A DNA stretch of 43,100 bases from positions 1 to 43,100 of the forward strand of contig JANNUB010000300.1 of the NCBI GenBank assembly GCA_031394795.1, given 5' to 3'. Origin of the DNA: Ignavibacteriota bacterium (GTDB taxonomy: Bacteria; Bacteroidota; Ignavibacteria; UBA10030; UBA6906). Below are positions 18,098 through 26,022 of the stretch, piece by piece (the stretch's first letter is position 1; every line of letters starts with the position of its first letter). Under the pieces are notes generated by a model that worked only from the letters and a program-made list of their open reading frames with translations, searched no databases and was not told the DNA's origin. The translations under genes were made by a program, and so were the position numbers.

Positions 18098-18793
18098 TCA
18101 CGCGTTCTTCGCGCGCTTACCAAAAATTGCCGTTCCGATCCGAATCAATGTCGCGCCTTCTTCGATCGCCACTTCGTAATCACCAGTCATCCCCATCGAG
18201 AGGTGTTGCATCTGCACGTTCGACTGGTTGATGCGCGAGATTCCTTCTTTTAGCAAGCGTAATGTTCTGAACATTGGTCGTGAACCTTCGGGATCGGGAA
18301 GAAACGGACCGATGGTCATCAATCCCGCAACTCGGACGTTTTCAAGTTCTGCAAGCCTCTTGACGAACTCGACGGTCGCCCCGGGCTGCAAGCCAAACTT
18401 CGTCTGCTCTCCCGTCGTGTTGACTTCCACCAGCAGGTCTATCGTTCGATTGAATTGCCGGGCGCGCTTATCAATTTCTCTCGCAAGACCGACGTTTTCA
18501 ACTGCATGAACCAAGTGAATCCACCCGGCGACATACTTCACCTTATTCGATTGCAGGTGCCCGATAAAGTGCCAGCGCAGATTTCTCCCCGAAAGCGCTT
18601 CTCGCTTTTCCAGCAATTCCTGCACATAGTTCTCTCCTATGTCCGCAATCCCGGCGTCGAGCGCCTCAGCCACTGCGGACGCGGGAAACGTCTTGGAAAC
18701 TGCAACGAGCGTTACTTCCGAAGGATCCCGCCCGATTTCAGCGCATTTATCGGAAACCCTTCGGCGAATGCTCGCAATGTTCTCTCCAATCAT
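18098..18793 (-). CDS. yggS: YggS/YlmE-family pyridoxal-phosphate homeostasis protein
   Basis: Motifs LVAVSKTFP, IGENYVQEL and WHFIGHLQSNKVK. Start chosen at ATG 18793 (MIGENIASI). Confidence 0.9.
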   Translation of the reverse strand: MIGENIASIRRRVSDKCAEIGRDPSEVTLVAVSKTFPASAVAEALDAGIADIGENYVQELLEKREALSGRNLRWHFIGHLQSNKVKYVAGWIHLVHAVENVGLAREIDKRARQFNRTIDLLVEVNTTGEQTKFGLQPGATVEFVKRLAELENVRVAGLMTIGPFLPDPEGSRPMFRTLRLLKEGISRINQSNVQMQHLSMGMTGDYEVAIEEGATLIRIGTAIFGKRAKNA

Positions 18794-18998
18794 TGCAGTC
18801 CAAAGCAAAAATATAACCGAATGCGTTTTGAATTGCAATGAACGTGCGACGTGGGTGTGTCAAGACCTTGACTGTGGCTGAATCCTCATGAGCATTCAGA
18901 TTCTATGAAATAGCGGAACACAACGGCCTATGTTTCTTGAAAGTCGTTCATGATTATTGTACTTTGACGTAGGTCATTCTCATTTTTCATCCAGGCTC

Positions 18999-19580
18999 AT
19001 GCCGGTAGGCACAACAAAAAAACAGCGCGAGTTTCAAGCTGAAGCCCTTCCCCAGGCGGATCTCCTCTACAACTACGCGCTGCGGACGACGTACAATTCC
19101 GCCGATGCCGAAGACCTCGTTCAGGAGACGTATCTCAAGGCATTTCGGTTCTGGGACAGTTACGAAAAGGGAACGAATATCCGCGCGTGGTTGTTCAGAA
19201 TTATGAAAAACGCGTACATCAATCGCTACAGGAAAGAGAAAAAGGAACCTGTGACGATTGCGTACGATGAAAGCGAGCACCCGTTGTTCGGAGAGCGCGC
19301 GGTTGAGTCTTCCGATTTGCAGTACGCGCTGAATCACACGTTGCTCGATGATGATGTTGGTCGGGGCGTTGCAGAGTTGCCTGATGATTTCCGAACGGTG
19401 GTGATTCTTTGCGATATCGAGGAGATGACCTACGAAGAGGTGGCTGAGTTTCTCCAGTGTCCGATTGGGACGGTGCGTTCGCGGCTGCACCGCGGGCGAA
19501 AATTGTTGCGCGCCAAGCTTCTCGATGTAGCAAAGAGGCGCGGGTATGTTGAAGAAAAAAATAGCGATAATACTATTTGA
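18999..19580 (+). CDS. ECF-type RNA polymerase sigma-70 factor
   Basis: Region 2 DAEDLVQETYLKAFRFW and region 4 LPDDFRTVVILCDIEEMTYEEVAEFLQCPIGTVRSRLHRGR. Confidence 0.9.
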   Translation: MPVGTTKKQREFQAEALPQADLLYNYALRTTYNSADAEDLVQETYLKAFRFWDSYEKGTNIRAWLFRIMKNAYINRYRKEKKEPVTIAYDESEHPLFGERAVESSDLQYALNHTLLDDDVGRGVAELPDDFRTVVILCDIEEMTYEEVAEFLQCPIGTVRSRLHRGRKLLRAKLLDVAKRRGYVEEKNSDNTI

Positions 19581-19608
19581 CTGTTTGTTAACAACCTGGT
19601 AAGAGGTC

Positions 19609-20439
19609 GTGGAGTGTAAGACTTTTGGGGAGCAAATTACTGCAGCAGTGGATAATGCGCTGGAGGGGGAGGAGCGGCAGCGTCTTGAGGCACACCTTGC
19701 ACAGTGTCCCGCATGCAAATCAACATTCGAGCTTGAACATGCAACGCGCAGCGTCGTGAAATCGCGCTGCAAGCGCGTGAGCGCGCCTGCTCACGTTCTT
19801 CGCAACATCGTCCGGCAGCTCGACTCTGAGCCTCGTGAGGAGCGCGGCTGGTGGAAGGAATTCGTCGGCTCGAACTTTTTCAGGCCCGCGGTCGGTTTCG
19901 CTCTCGCCTGCGCGGCGCTCATTGTTTTGCTCAACAACGATTCCGTAAAGCGAACGAACGTGCTCGAGGCGTCAGTGCTTCCTGCGAACGATGTGATGAA
20001 GCAGGCGCTAGCGAACTACATGGCGGTGTCGCGCAAGGAGATTCAGCCTCAGTTCTTGTCCGACCGCGCAGAACTTGTGCAGAACTATTTTGTCGGCAAG
20101 ACAGAGTTCGCAGCATTCGTTCCACCAATGACCGACTGCAAACTCATCGGCGGCATTGTTAATGAATTCTCCGGCAAGACGCTCGCTCATGTCGTTTATA
20201 CTCATCAAGGAACCGACATCATCTACGTGTACGAAACGTGCTGGGAGACCCTACAAAAAGGAAACCACCTTCATCTTTCGAAAGATATTCAAGATGAAAT
20301 ACGAGCGCGCGGAAGGTACGTTGCAACACATCCGGACGGGTACAGCGTTGTCCTGTGGACGAAGGAGAACACACTCTGCTCGGCGGTTGCGAAGCTCGAT
20401 CCGGAAATGCTTGTTGCATGCCTTGAGCTTGACAGGTAG
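19609..20439 (+). CDS. Anti-sigma factor: zf-HC2 N-terminus, one TM helix, and an extracytoplasmic domain of about 170 aa
   Basis: GTG start preceded by aagagg. It has H..(3)C..C (HLAQCPACK) and the TM segment FFRPAVGFALACAALIVLL, and lies immediately downstream of the ECF sigma gene. Confidence 0.8.
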   Translation: MECKTFGEQITAAVDNALEGEERQRLEAHLAQCPACKSTFELEHATRSVVKSRCKRVSAPAHVLRNIVRQLDSEPREERGWWKEFVGSNFFRPAVGFALACAALIVLLNNDSVKRTNVLEASVLPANDVMKQALANYMAVSRKEIQPQFLSDRAELVQNYFVGKTEFAAFVPPMTDCKLIGGIVNEFSGKTLAHVVYTHQGTDIIYVYETCWETLQKGNHLHLSKDIQDEIRARGRYVATHPDGYSVVLWTKENTLCSAVAKLDPEMLVACLELDR

Positions 20440-20572
20440 GCTTCACTTCTCAGATGCGATGCCTCTTCGTGTGCCAGTCCGTTACCGGCTCAAACACGTG
20501 CGCTAGTTCCAGCACTCTCGCCTCACCAAACGGTCTTCCCGAATAAATCCCATACGAATTCCCGCGATACGC

Positions 20573-21400
20573 TCACGCGTCTTGTTGAGGGAAACCTTGA
20601 AGGGTTGCCGAGTTCCGCCGGGCTGGGGAAAAAGTTTCCCGATTAGTGACATGAAAGAACGAATACGCGATATCAAGGAACGCTTGCTTGTCAACTTTTT
20701 GCATCGGGTGCGGCGTGGTGGGAAAAATGTGCGGCATTCCGTACGGGAGGGCATCCGCGAGGCGTACGACTTCCGAACGCGGAACCAATTCATCCTGATC
20801 GCCTGCAGAAACCAGAGCTGGAAAATCCGCAAGATGAAGTGAGTTTGCGGTCAGCCCTTCCGAAGGCATTGCTTTGATGAGTTCTTTCGCCGCGTGGAGC
20901 AGCGATCGCCACCCGGTGGCGCCATTGGTCGGCCCGTGATCGCGTTGAAGCTGTTCAGCCCAGTGTGGTACTTTTGCAACGATCGTGTCGGCATCGAACT
21001 CCTGAATCGTCGTGCGAACAGCTTCGCTGCTCCAATAAAATTTTGTACCGTGCATCAACAGCGAGTCCACCGTGCCGGGGTTTTGCACTCCGAACGCAAG
21101 CCCGACGTACCCGCCGAGGCTGTAGCCACAGATGCGGGCTGTGTCGATATCCAGTGACTCATACAGTGCAAAGAGATCGCCGACAAGATGATGAAGGCGA
21201 AGCTCGTGCGAGGGATTGTCCGTCTTGCCGTGACCGCGCAAATCCACAGCGATAACATGGAAGTGTTCTGCAAGCGACGGAATGAACCGGCGCCAGTGGC
21301 TTTCGATCGTTCCAAGCAGACCCGGCAGGAGAATGAGTGTTTCGCCTGCCCCATGCTCTTCGTAATAGATTGTTGCTGTTTTGGATCGAATGTATGACAT
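20573..21400 (-). CDS. alpha/beta-fold hydrolase
   Basis: Oxyanion region LILLPGLLG and nucleophile elbow GYSLGG. Start chosen at ATG 21400 (MSYIRSK). Confidence 0.85.
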   Translation of the reverse strand: MSYIRSKTATIYYEEHGAGETLILLPGLLGTIESHWRRFIPSLAEHFHVIAVDLRGHGKTDNPSHELRLHHLVGDLFALYESLDIDTARICGYSLGGYVGLAFGVQNPGTVDSLLMHGTKFYWSSEAVRTTIQEFDADTIVAKVPHWAEQLQRDHGPTNGATGWRSLLHAAKELIKAMPSEGLTANSLHLADFPALVSAGDQDELVPRSEVVRLADALPYGMPHIFPTTPHPMQKVDKQAFLDIAYSFFHVTNRETFSPARRNSATLQGFPQQDA

Positions 21401-21545
21401 CTCGAAATGCTTGTTGATGTGCAGAACAGCGCGCCAACGCCAAGGCATATTACAAGAGTGATGAAAGAGATACAAGGGGGTTGCCCGCGCAAAATGAATT
21501 TTGTATTTTGTGCAGCGAAGATTCATAAACCTTAGCGAACAAGCA

Positions 21546-21926
21546 ATGCCTGTACAGCTGCGCAAACAAACGATCATTGTCGGTGACCGGGTTTTGATAG
21601 AGGTTGAAACCGGTCACGACAAAACAAAAGCTGGATTGTATCTTCCAGATACGGTGCGTGAAAAGGAGAAAGTTGCAACCGGACGAATCGTGAAAGTCGG
21701 TCCCGGCTATGCAATTCCGAACCCGAACTACACTGAGGATGAACCCTGGTCAAAGCCAAAAGATCCTGCGCGCTACATTCCCCTGCAGGCCAAGGAAGGC
21801 GACTACGCGTTGTTTCTGCGCGACCAGGCCATCGAAGTGGAGATCGAAGAGAACAAATATCTCATCGTTCCTCAAACAGCGATCTTAATGCTGGTGAGAG
21901 AAGAACTTCATGAAAGTATGGAGTAA
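21546..21926 (+). CDS. Cpn10/GroES-family protein, stand-alone, with an internal insertion
   Basis: GDRVLIEV....KTKAGLYLPDT...K..TGRIVKVGPG resembles the GroES mobile-loop and core. No groEL lies nearby. Confidence 0.65.
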   Translation: MPVQLRKQTIIVGDRVLIEVETGHDKTKAGLYLPDTVREKEKVATGRIVKVGPGYAIPNPNYTEDEPWSKPKDPARYIPLQAKEGDYALFLRDQAIEVEIEENKYLIVPQTAILMLVREELHESME

Positions 21927-21939
21927 CTTGTTTCCGCTT

Positions 21940-22356
21940 ATGAAGCGTGTTTTTATTTTTGCTTCCGTGCTCGCAGCGATTACGCTGGCAGCAGCACAAA
22001 CCAAAACATCTGAGCCAAAGCGCATCGTTAATATCGAGTACGGGCGATACCTTGTGAACAACGTCGCGCAGTGTGTCCAATGCCATACCCCGCGCAATGA
22101 ACGCGGCGAGTTGATCCGTTCGCAATTGCTGGAAGGCGCGCCCATTCCGGTCGGCAAGCCGAATCAACCCGGCGCGTGGGCAGAATTCGCGCCGCGGATC
22201 GCGGGGATTCCACAATACACCGAACAACAAATCATCGCACTCCTCACGACGGGAACTGGCCGCGAAGGAAAAACCCTGCGTTCCCCGATGCCGACATTCA
22301 AGATGTCGTGGCAGGACGCGGCGGATGTTGCCGCGTACTTGAAATCGTTGAGGTAG
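21940..22356 (+). CDS. class I c-type cytochrome, secreted
   Basis: Signal MKRVFIFASVLAAITLAAA, heme motif CVQCH, and a distal ..SPMP.. Met ligand region. Confidence 0.85.
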   Translation: MKRVFIFASVLAAITLAAAQTKTSEPKRIVNIEYGRYLVNNVAQCVQCHTPRNERGELIRSQLLEGAPIPVGKPNQPGAWAEFAPRIAGIPQYTEQQIIALLTTGTGREGKTLRSPMPTFKMSWQDAADVAAYLKSLR

Positions 22357-22402
22357 TAGGATATATTATGGGTGGTCAAGTTCCTGCCAAGAAACGATTT
22401 CA

Positions 22403-22429
22403 CCGTGAAATGTCGTGGCGCCGTGAAAT
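22403..22429 (+). promoter_or_regulatory. Direct repeat ccgtgaaat-N9-ccgtgaaat, a possible activator site
   Basis: Two identical 9-mers at 22403-22411 and 22421-22429, about 110-135 bp upstream of the sigma54-like element. Confidence 0.25.
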
Positions 22430-22536
22430 CGTGCGCCATGTGCGCATCAAGCTTCTCGTTCCTTTCAGTTCAGCAAATTCACATAAGTTGTTCTTTCAAA
22501 ACATGTAACCGTTTTCGCATCGTCTGAAAAACTCTT

Positions 22537-22552
22537 TGGCACACGTTTGGCA
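22537..22552 (+). promoter_or_regulatory. Sigma54 (-24/-12)-like promoter element TGGCAC-acgtt-TGGCA
   Basis: It matches the consensus TGGCAC-N5-TTGCA at every defined position except one (T to G), with correct GG/GC spacing. It lies about 220 nt upstream of the aquaporin gene. Confidence 0.3.
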
Positions 22553-22771
22553 AGATGTTCTGGTGAGAGTAGAAAAAACTGCATTACAAAATCTGTAATC
22601 ACTGAACTTCTCTGCTCCGACGACATAATCTTGCTGTTGGAGACCGTTCCAAACGTTGATGATCTGTAAAGCCGAAGTTGGGTTGAGGGATTTTCGGACG
22701 ACTGTGGTGTGAAGTATTTCAATCGCGGTTGTACTAATCCATCTCTCAATCACAACAAGTAAGGAGAACTA

Positions 22772-23419
22772 ATGAAGAATTACCTCGTCGAATTCATCGG
22801 CACGTTTTTTCTCGTGCTCGTCATCGGGCTGACGGTTGTCGCGCCGACGTCGGGTGTGAGCGCGCCGGCAGCGGACCACATGGCGCCGCTTGCCATCGGT
22901 ATCACACTGATGGTGATGGTGTATGCGGGAGGGCATATTTCGGGAGGCCACTACAATCCCGCCGTGACGCTCGCTGTGTGGATGCGGGGCAAGTGTGATA
23001 CCAAGGACGTCGTGCCGTACATGACTGCGCAAATCGCTGGCGCCATCGTCGCCGCGCTCGTTGTTGGATTCCAGAAGGGAAATCCCCTGAATGCAGCAAC
23101 GGCTCCGGATGTGGCACGTGCGATCCTGAACGAGTTCCTCTTCACGTTCGCGCTCGCATATGTCGTGCTCAATGTTGCTACGTCAAAGAAAAATGCCGGC
23201 AACTCTTACTATGGACTTGCGATCGGCTGCACGTTGCTTGTCGGGGCGTATGCAGGCGGCGGGATCTCGGGCGGCGCGTACAATCCAGCGGTTGCCGTAG
23301 GAATCTCGACTATGGGCTTGAGCGCGTTTAGCAACATCTGGATTTTCTTGGTCGGAAATTTTCTCGGCGGCGCACTCGCCGCAGTAGTGTACAAAATCGT
23401 TAATCCTGAAGAGAATTAA
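22772..23419 (+). CDS. MIP-family channel (aquaporin)
   Basis: Two NPA boxes: HISGGHYNPAVTLA and GISGGAYNPAVAVG. Confidence 0.93.
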   Translation: MKNYLVEFIGTFFLVLVIGLTVVAPTSGVSAPAADHMAPLAIGITLMVMVYAGGHISGGHYNPAVTLAVWMRGKCDTKDVVPYMTAQIAGAIVAALVVGFQKGNPLNAATAPDVARAILNEFLFTFALAYVVLNVATSKKNAGNSYYGLAIGCTLLVGAYAGGGISGGAYNPAVAVGISTMGLSAFSNIWIFLVGNFLGGALAAVVYKIVNPEEN

Positions 23420-23492
23420 GTTTCAGGCATTGGGAGTGACGGGTGGGGTTGGGGAACCATTCACCTAAACAAAAAGAATTAGGAGTACTAAA

Positions 23493-24323
23493 ATGTCAAG
23501 AGCATTGATTATCGGCGGCGGAATTCTCGCATTTCTATTATTGAGCTATTTGTGTGCAACGATGCACGGACCGGCGTTGACAGCAACGACGCCTTTGGCG
23601 GCGCCAAGCTTGTGGGCCACATTAGAAGATGGAAAAACAATCTTGCGGGGTACATTGCCCGACGAAGCGGCGAAAAACACGATCGTTGCAGAAGCTGCGA
23701 AGATGTATGGCGCGGAGAACGTGACCGATGAACTGAAAATAAGCAACACCGTTGGCAAAGCGGCATGGATGCCTGCCGGGCTCGGAATGTTCGGCTTGCT
23801 TAAGGAGGGGGTCAAACGGGCTGGCTTCGGGGTCGAGAACGGCAAGCTAACGGTGAACGGCATTGTGAAGAACAGTGCCGCGGAAAGCAAGCTGCTCGCC
23901 GACGCGCGCATCGCCTTTCCCAATCATGATCTCATCGACAACGTTGATGTCGAGGCTGCGGCTGTGCAGCGCAACATCGGAGAGTTCCTGGCGACGAGAA
24001 CGATCGAGTTCGCAACAGGAAGCGCGGTGATTCTTCCGCGCGGCAAAGCGATTCTCGACACCGTCGCAATGATGCTGTCTGAAGCGCCCGATGCGCTCAT
24101 TGAGGTTTCGGGGCACACCGATAACCAGGGGAACGACGACGCAAACATGATCTTGAGTCAGCGTCGTGCCGATGCAACGGAAGCGTATCTCATCAGGAAA
24201 GGCGTTGCCGATGCGCGCATGACCTCGAAGGGATTTGGCGTAGCGACGCCCGTTGCGGACAACGCTACAGCGGAAGGTCGTCAGCGCAACCGCCGCATCC
24301 GGTTCGGCTTGAGAGAGAATTAG
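23493..24323 (+). CDS. Membrane-anchored OmpA-family protein with two BON-like modules (ArfA-like architecture)
   Basis: N-terminal TM ALIIGGGILAFLLLSYL. Two G.(I/V).L.G.....K...A...V.(D/N).L blocks. C-terminal OmpA_C motifs IEFATGSA...VSGHTDNQG...N..LSQRRA..V..YL...G......GFG...P.A.N.T..GRQRNRR. Confidence 0.88.
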   Translation: MSRALIIGGGILAFLLLSYLCATMHGPALTATTPLAAPSLWATLEDGKTILRGTLPDEAAKNTIVAEAAKMYGAENVTDELKISNTVGKAAWMPAGLGMFGLLKEGVKRAGFGVENGKLTVNGIVKNSAAESKLLADARIAFPNHDLIDNVDVEAAAVQRNIGEFLATRTIEFATGSAVILPRGKAILDTVAMMLSEAPDALIEVSGHTDNQGNDDANMILSQRRADATEAYLIRKGVADARMTSKGFGVATPVADNATAEGRQRNRRIRFGLREN

Positions 24324-24346
24324 GATCCTGAAAGGTTGTTGAAGCA

Positions 24347-24481
24347 ATGAATTTTTTTACGGCGCATTTCTTTGCCTCTTGTCCGCCGCTCTCATCGGAT
24401 GGTTGGTAGGTTGGCTGTTGGGCAGACTTGGTATGAGTCGCCCATCAGAAAGTCTCGATGTAGAGCTGGCGGGCAAGATGC
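24347..24481 (+). pseudogene. Frameshifted duplicate of the 5' end of the downstream OmpA-family gene (24523..)
   Basis: It starts with ATG AAT TTT and is collinear with 24523-24658. A 1-nt deletion (catttcttt-gcc versus cattttttatgcc) shifts the frame to a TAG after 20 codons. The homologous frame has no start codon and stops at 24499. Confidence 0.7.
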
Positions 24482-24522
24482 TGTTACTCGAATTGATTTG
24501 AAATAACTTAGGATTTAGCATA

Positions 24523-25353
24523 ATGAACTTTTTCTTCCCGCATTTTTTATGCCTCTTGTCCGCCGCTCTCATCGGATGGTTGGTAGGTTGGCTGTTGGGC
24601 AGGCTTGGTATGAGTCGCCCATCAGAAAGTCTCGATGTAGAGCTGGCGGGCAAGATGCGTTTATTGGAGGATGAGCGGAATCGTCTTCAGGTCGAAAATG
24701 CCGCTCTCAAGACAAACCTCACGTCGCACGAGTCATTGGCGAGAGAATACTCGTCGTTCCGCGCGCAACTCGACAAGGCAAATAGTGAATTGAGCGAGGC
24801 ACGCTCTGCCGCTGCAGAACGCAATGCTCTGCGCGGCGAGTTGGAGGCGGCTCTCACGAAGCTGAGTCTGCTCGAACAAACTCAACCGAACAACGAGCTG
24901 TTGCGCCTGGAGCTTGACGGCACAAAGAAAATGCTCCCAACGTACGAAGCAGACCTGCGCGAACAAGAAGAAGAGGTGGCGCGCCTGCGCAGCCGAATCG
25001 GTGAGCTTGAATGGCTTCGATGGGATTTGAAGAACATTCGGTTCCCTGTCGACAGCGCCGAAATCACTCCGCAGGCGGAAGCCGTTCTCGATAATGTGCT
25101 TCCTGCGTTGAAGAGCCTGAATGGTGTGAAAGTAGATATCGAGGGGCATACAGATAACATTGATAGCGAAGAACACAACCGCGATCTGAGTCAGCGTAGA
25201 GCGGAAGCAGTACGCACATACCTGATTGAGAGGGGCGTTCCCTCACATAAGCTAACGGCAATCGGCTACGGCGCCTCCCACCCCATTGCAGACAATGGCA
25301 CGGAGGAGGGACGACAGATGAATCGCCGCATTGAATTCGCTGTGAACCATTAA
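24523..25353 (+). CDS. Membrane-anchored coiled-coil OmpA-family protein
   Basis: TM LCLLSAALIGWLVGWLLG, a heptad-rich segment of about 130 aa, and OmpA_C motifs IRFPVDSAEI...IEGHTDNIDS...N..LSQRRAEAV..YL...G......GYG...P.ADN.T.EGRQMNRR. Confidence 0.88.
   Translation: MNFFFPHFLCLLSAALIGWLVGWLLGRLGMSRPSESLDVELAGKMRLLEDERNRLQVENAALKTNLTSHESLAREYSSFRAQLDKANSELSEARSAAAERNALRGELEAALTKLSLLEQTQPNNELLRLELDGTKKMLPTYEADLREQEEEVARLRSRIGELEWLRWDLKNIRFPVDSAEITPQAEAVLDNVLPALKSLNGVKVDIEGHTDNIDSEEHNRDLSQRRAEAVRTYLIERGVPSHKLTAIGYGASHPIADNGTEEGRQMNRRIEFAVNH
24551..24658 (+). repeat. Second copy of a 108-bp direct repeat (first copy 24374-24481), 107/108 identical
   Basis: Compared base by base; the only mismatch is aga versus agg. 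The offset is 177 bp. Confidence 0.95.
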
Positions 25354-25394
25354 CATTCCACCGTCACCATTCCGAAGTTCAACCGAGTCGCCCC

Positions 25395-25988
25395 ATGTTG
25401 TGGCTGATTGTTTCAACGATATGGCTTTGCCTGCTTCTTGCAGCGTTGATTGGGTTCATTGTTGGATGGACGCTCCGCGGCAAACCGCACAGAGACAACC
25501 GGATCGTCAGGAGCGATTCATCGCACATTGCACTTCAACTTCGGCGAAGTGCGGAGGAGATTGCTGCGGCGCCTCATCATGCAGAAGCGCCACGAGGCGA
25601 CACCCAATCGCTCACAAAGAAAGTCGTGCCCTCCGAGGCACCATTTACCGAGCGTGAGGCAGAGTCGCACTCGCTGCAAGATGCAAACGTGATTTCGGTT
25701 GTCGAGACGACGCGCCCAAAGCGGCTCGCTCAACCAAAGCCCAAAACGGGGAAGCAGCGGAAGCTTGTGAAGGACGATCTCAAGCTTATCGCGGGCATCG
25801 GTCCGGTGCTTGAACGGCGATTGAATAAGTTAGCCGTCTATCGCTTCAAGCAAATTGCCCACTGGACCAAAGATGATATCGAGCGATTTGCACATCTCCT
25901 TCATTCCTTTGGAGACAGAATCACAAGAGAGCATTGGAAAGAAAGCGCGGCGAAGTTACACCTGGGAAAGTACAAGCAACGCTTGTAA
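25395..25988 (+). CDS. Membrane-anchored protein with a C-terminal helix-hairpin-helix-like domain
   Basis: The N-terminal TM IWLCLLLAALIGFIVGW resembles the anchor of the preceding gene. C-terminal DDLKLIAGIGPVLERRLNKLAVYRFKQIAHWTKDDI...RITREHW is a GIGP HhH motif. Confidence 0.7.
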   Translation: MLWLIVSTIWLCLLLAALIGFIVGWTLRGKPHRDNRIVRSDSSHIALQLRRSAEEIAAAPHHAEAPRGDTQSLTKKVVPSEAPFTEREAESHSLQDANVISVVETTRPKRLAQPKPKTGKQRKLVKDDLKLIAGIGPVLERRLNKLAVYRFKQIAHWTKDDIERFAHLLHSFGDRITREHWKESAAKLHLGKYKQRL

Positions 25989-26022
25989 TTCACAATCGAC
26001 CAACCACAACAAGGAGTACGAC

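Noticed and set aside
18839-18998. Autoregulated ECF promoter (GGAAC ... CGT) upstream of the sigma gene
   Set aside because: GGAAC at 18915-18919 is 25 nt from the nearest CGT (18945). That is well outside the 16-17-nt spacing expected for ECF promoters, so the call is not supported.
22366-22508. 46-aa ORF MGGQVPAKKRFHREMSWRREIVRH... in the long spacer
   Set aside because: I see no Shine-Dalgarno sequence, no recognisable motif and a highly basic composition. It may still be worth a Ribo-seq check, but I cannot support it as a gene.
24357-24653. 98-aa minus-strand ORF with an internally repeated peptide (ASSTSRLSDGRLIPSLPNSQPTNHPMRAADKR twice)
   Set aside because: It is the antisense translation of the 108-bp direct repeat, not an independent repeat protein.
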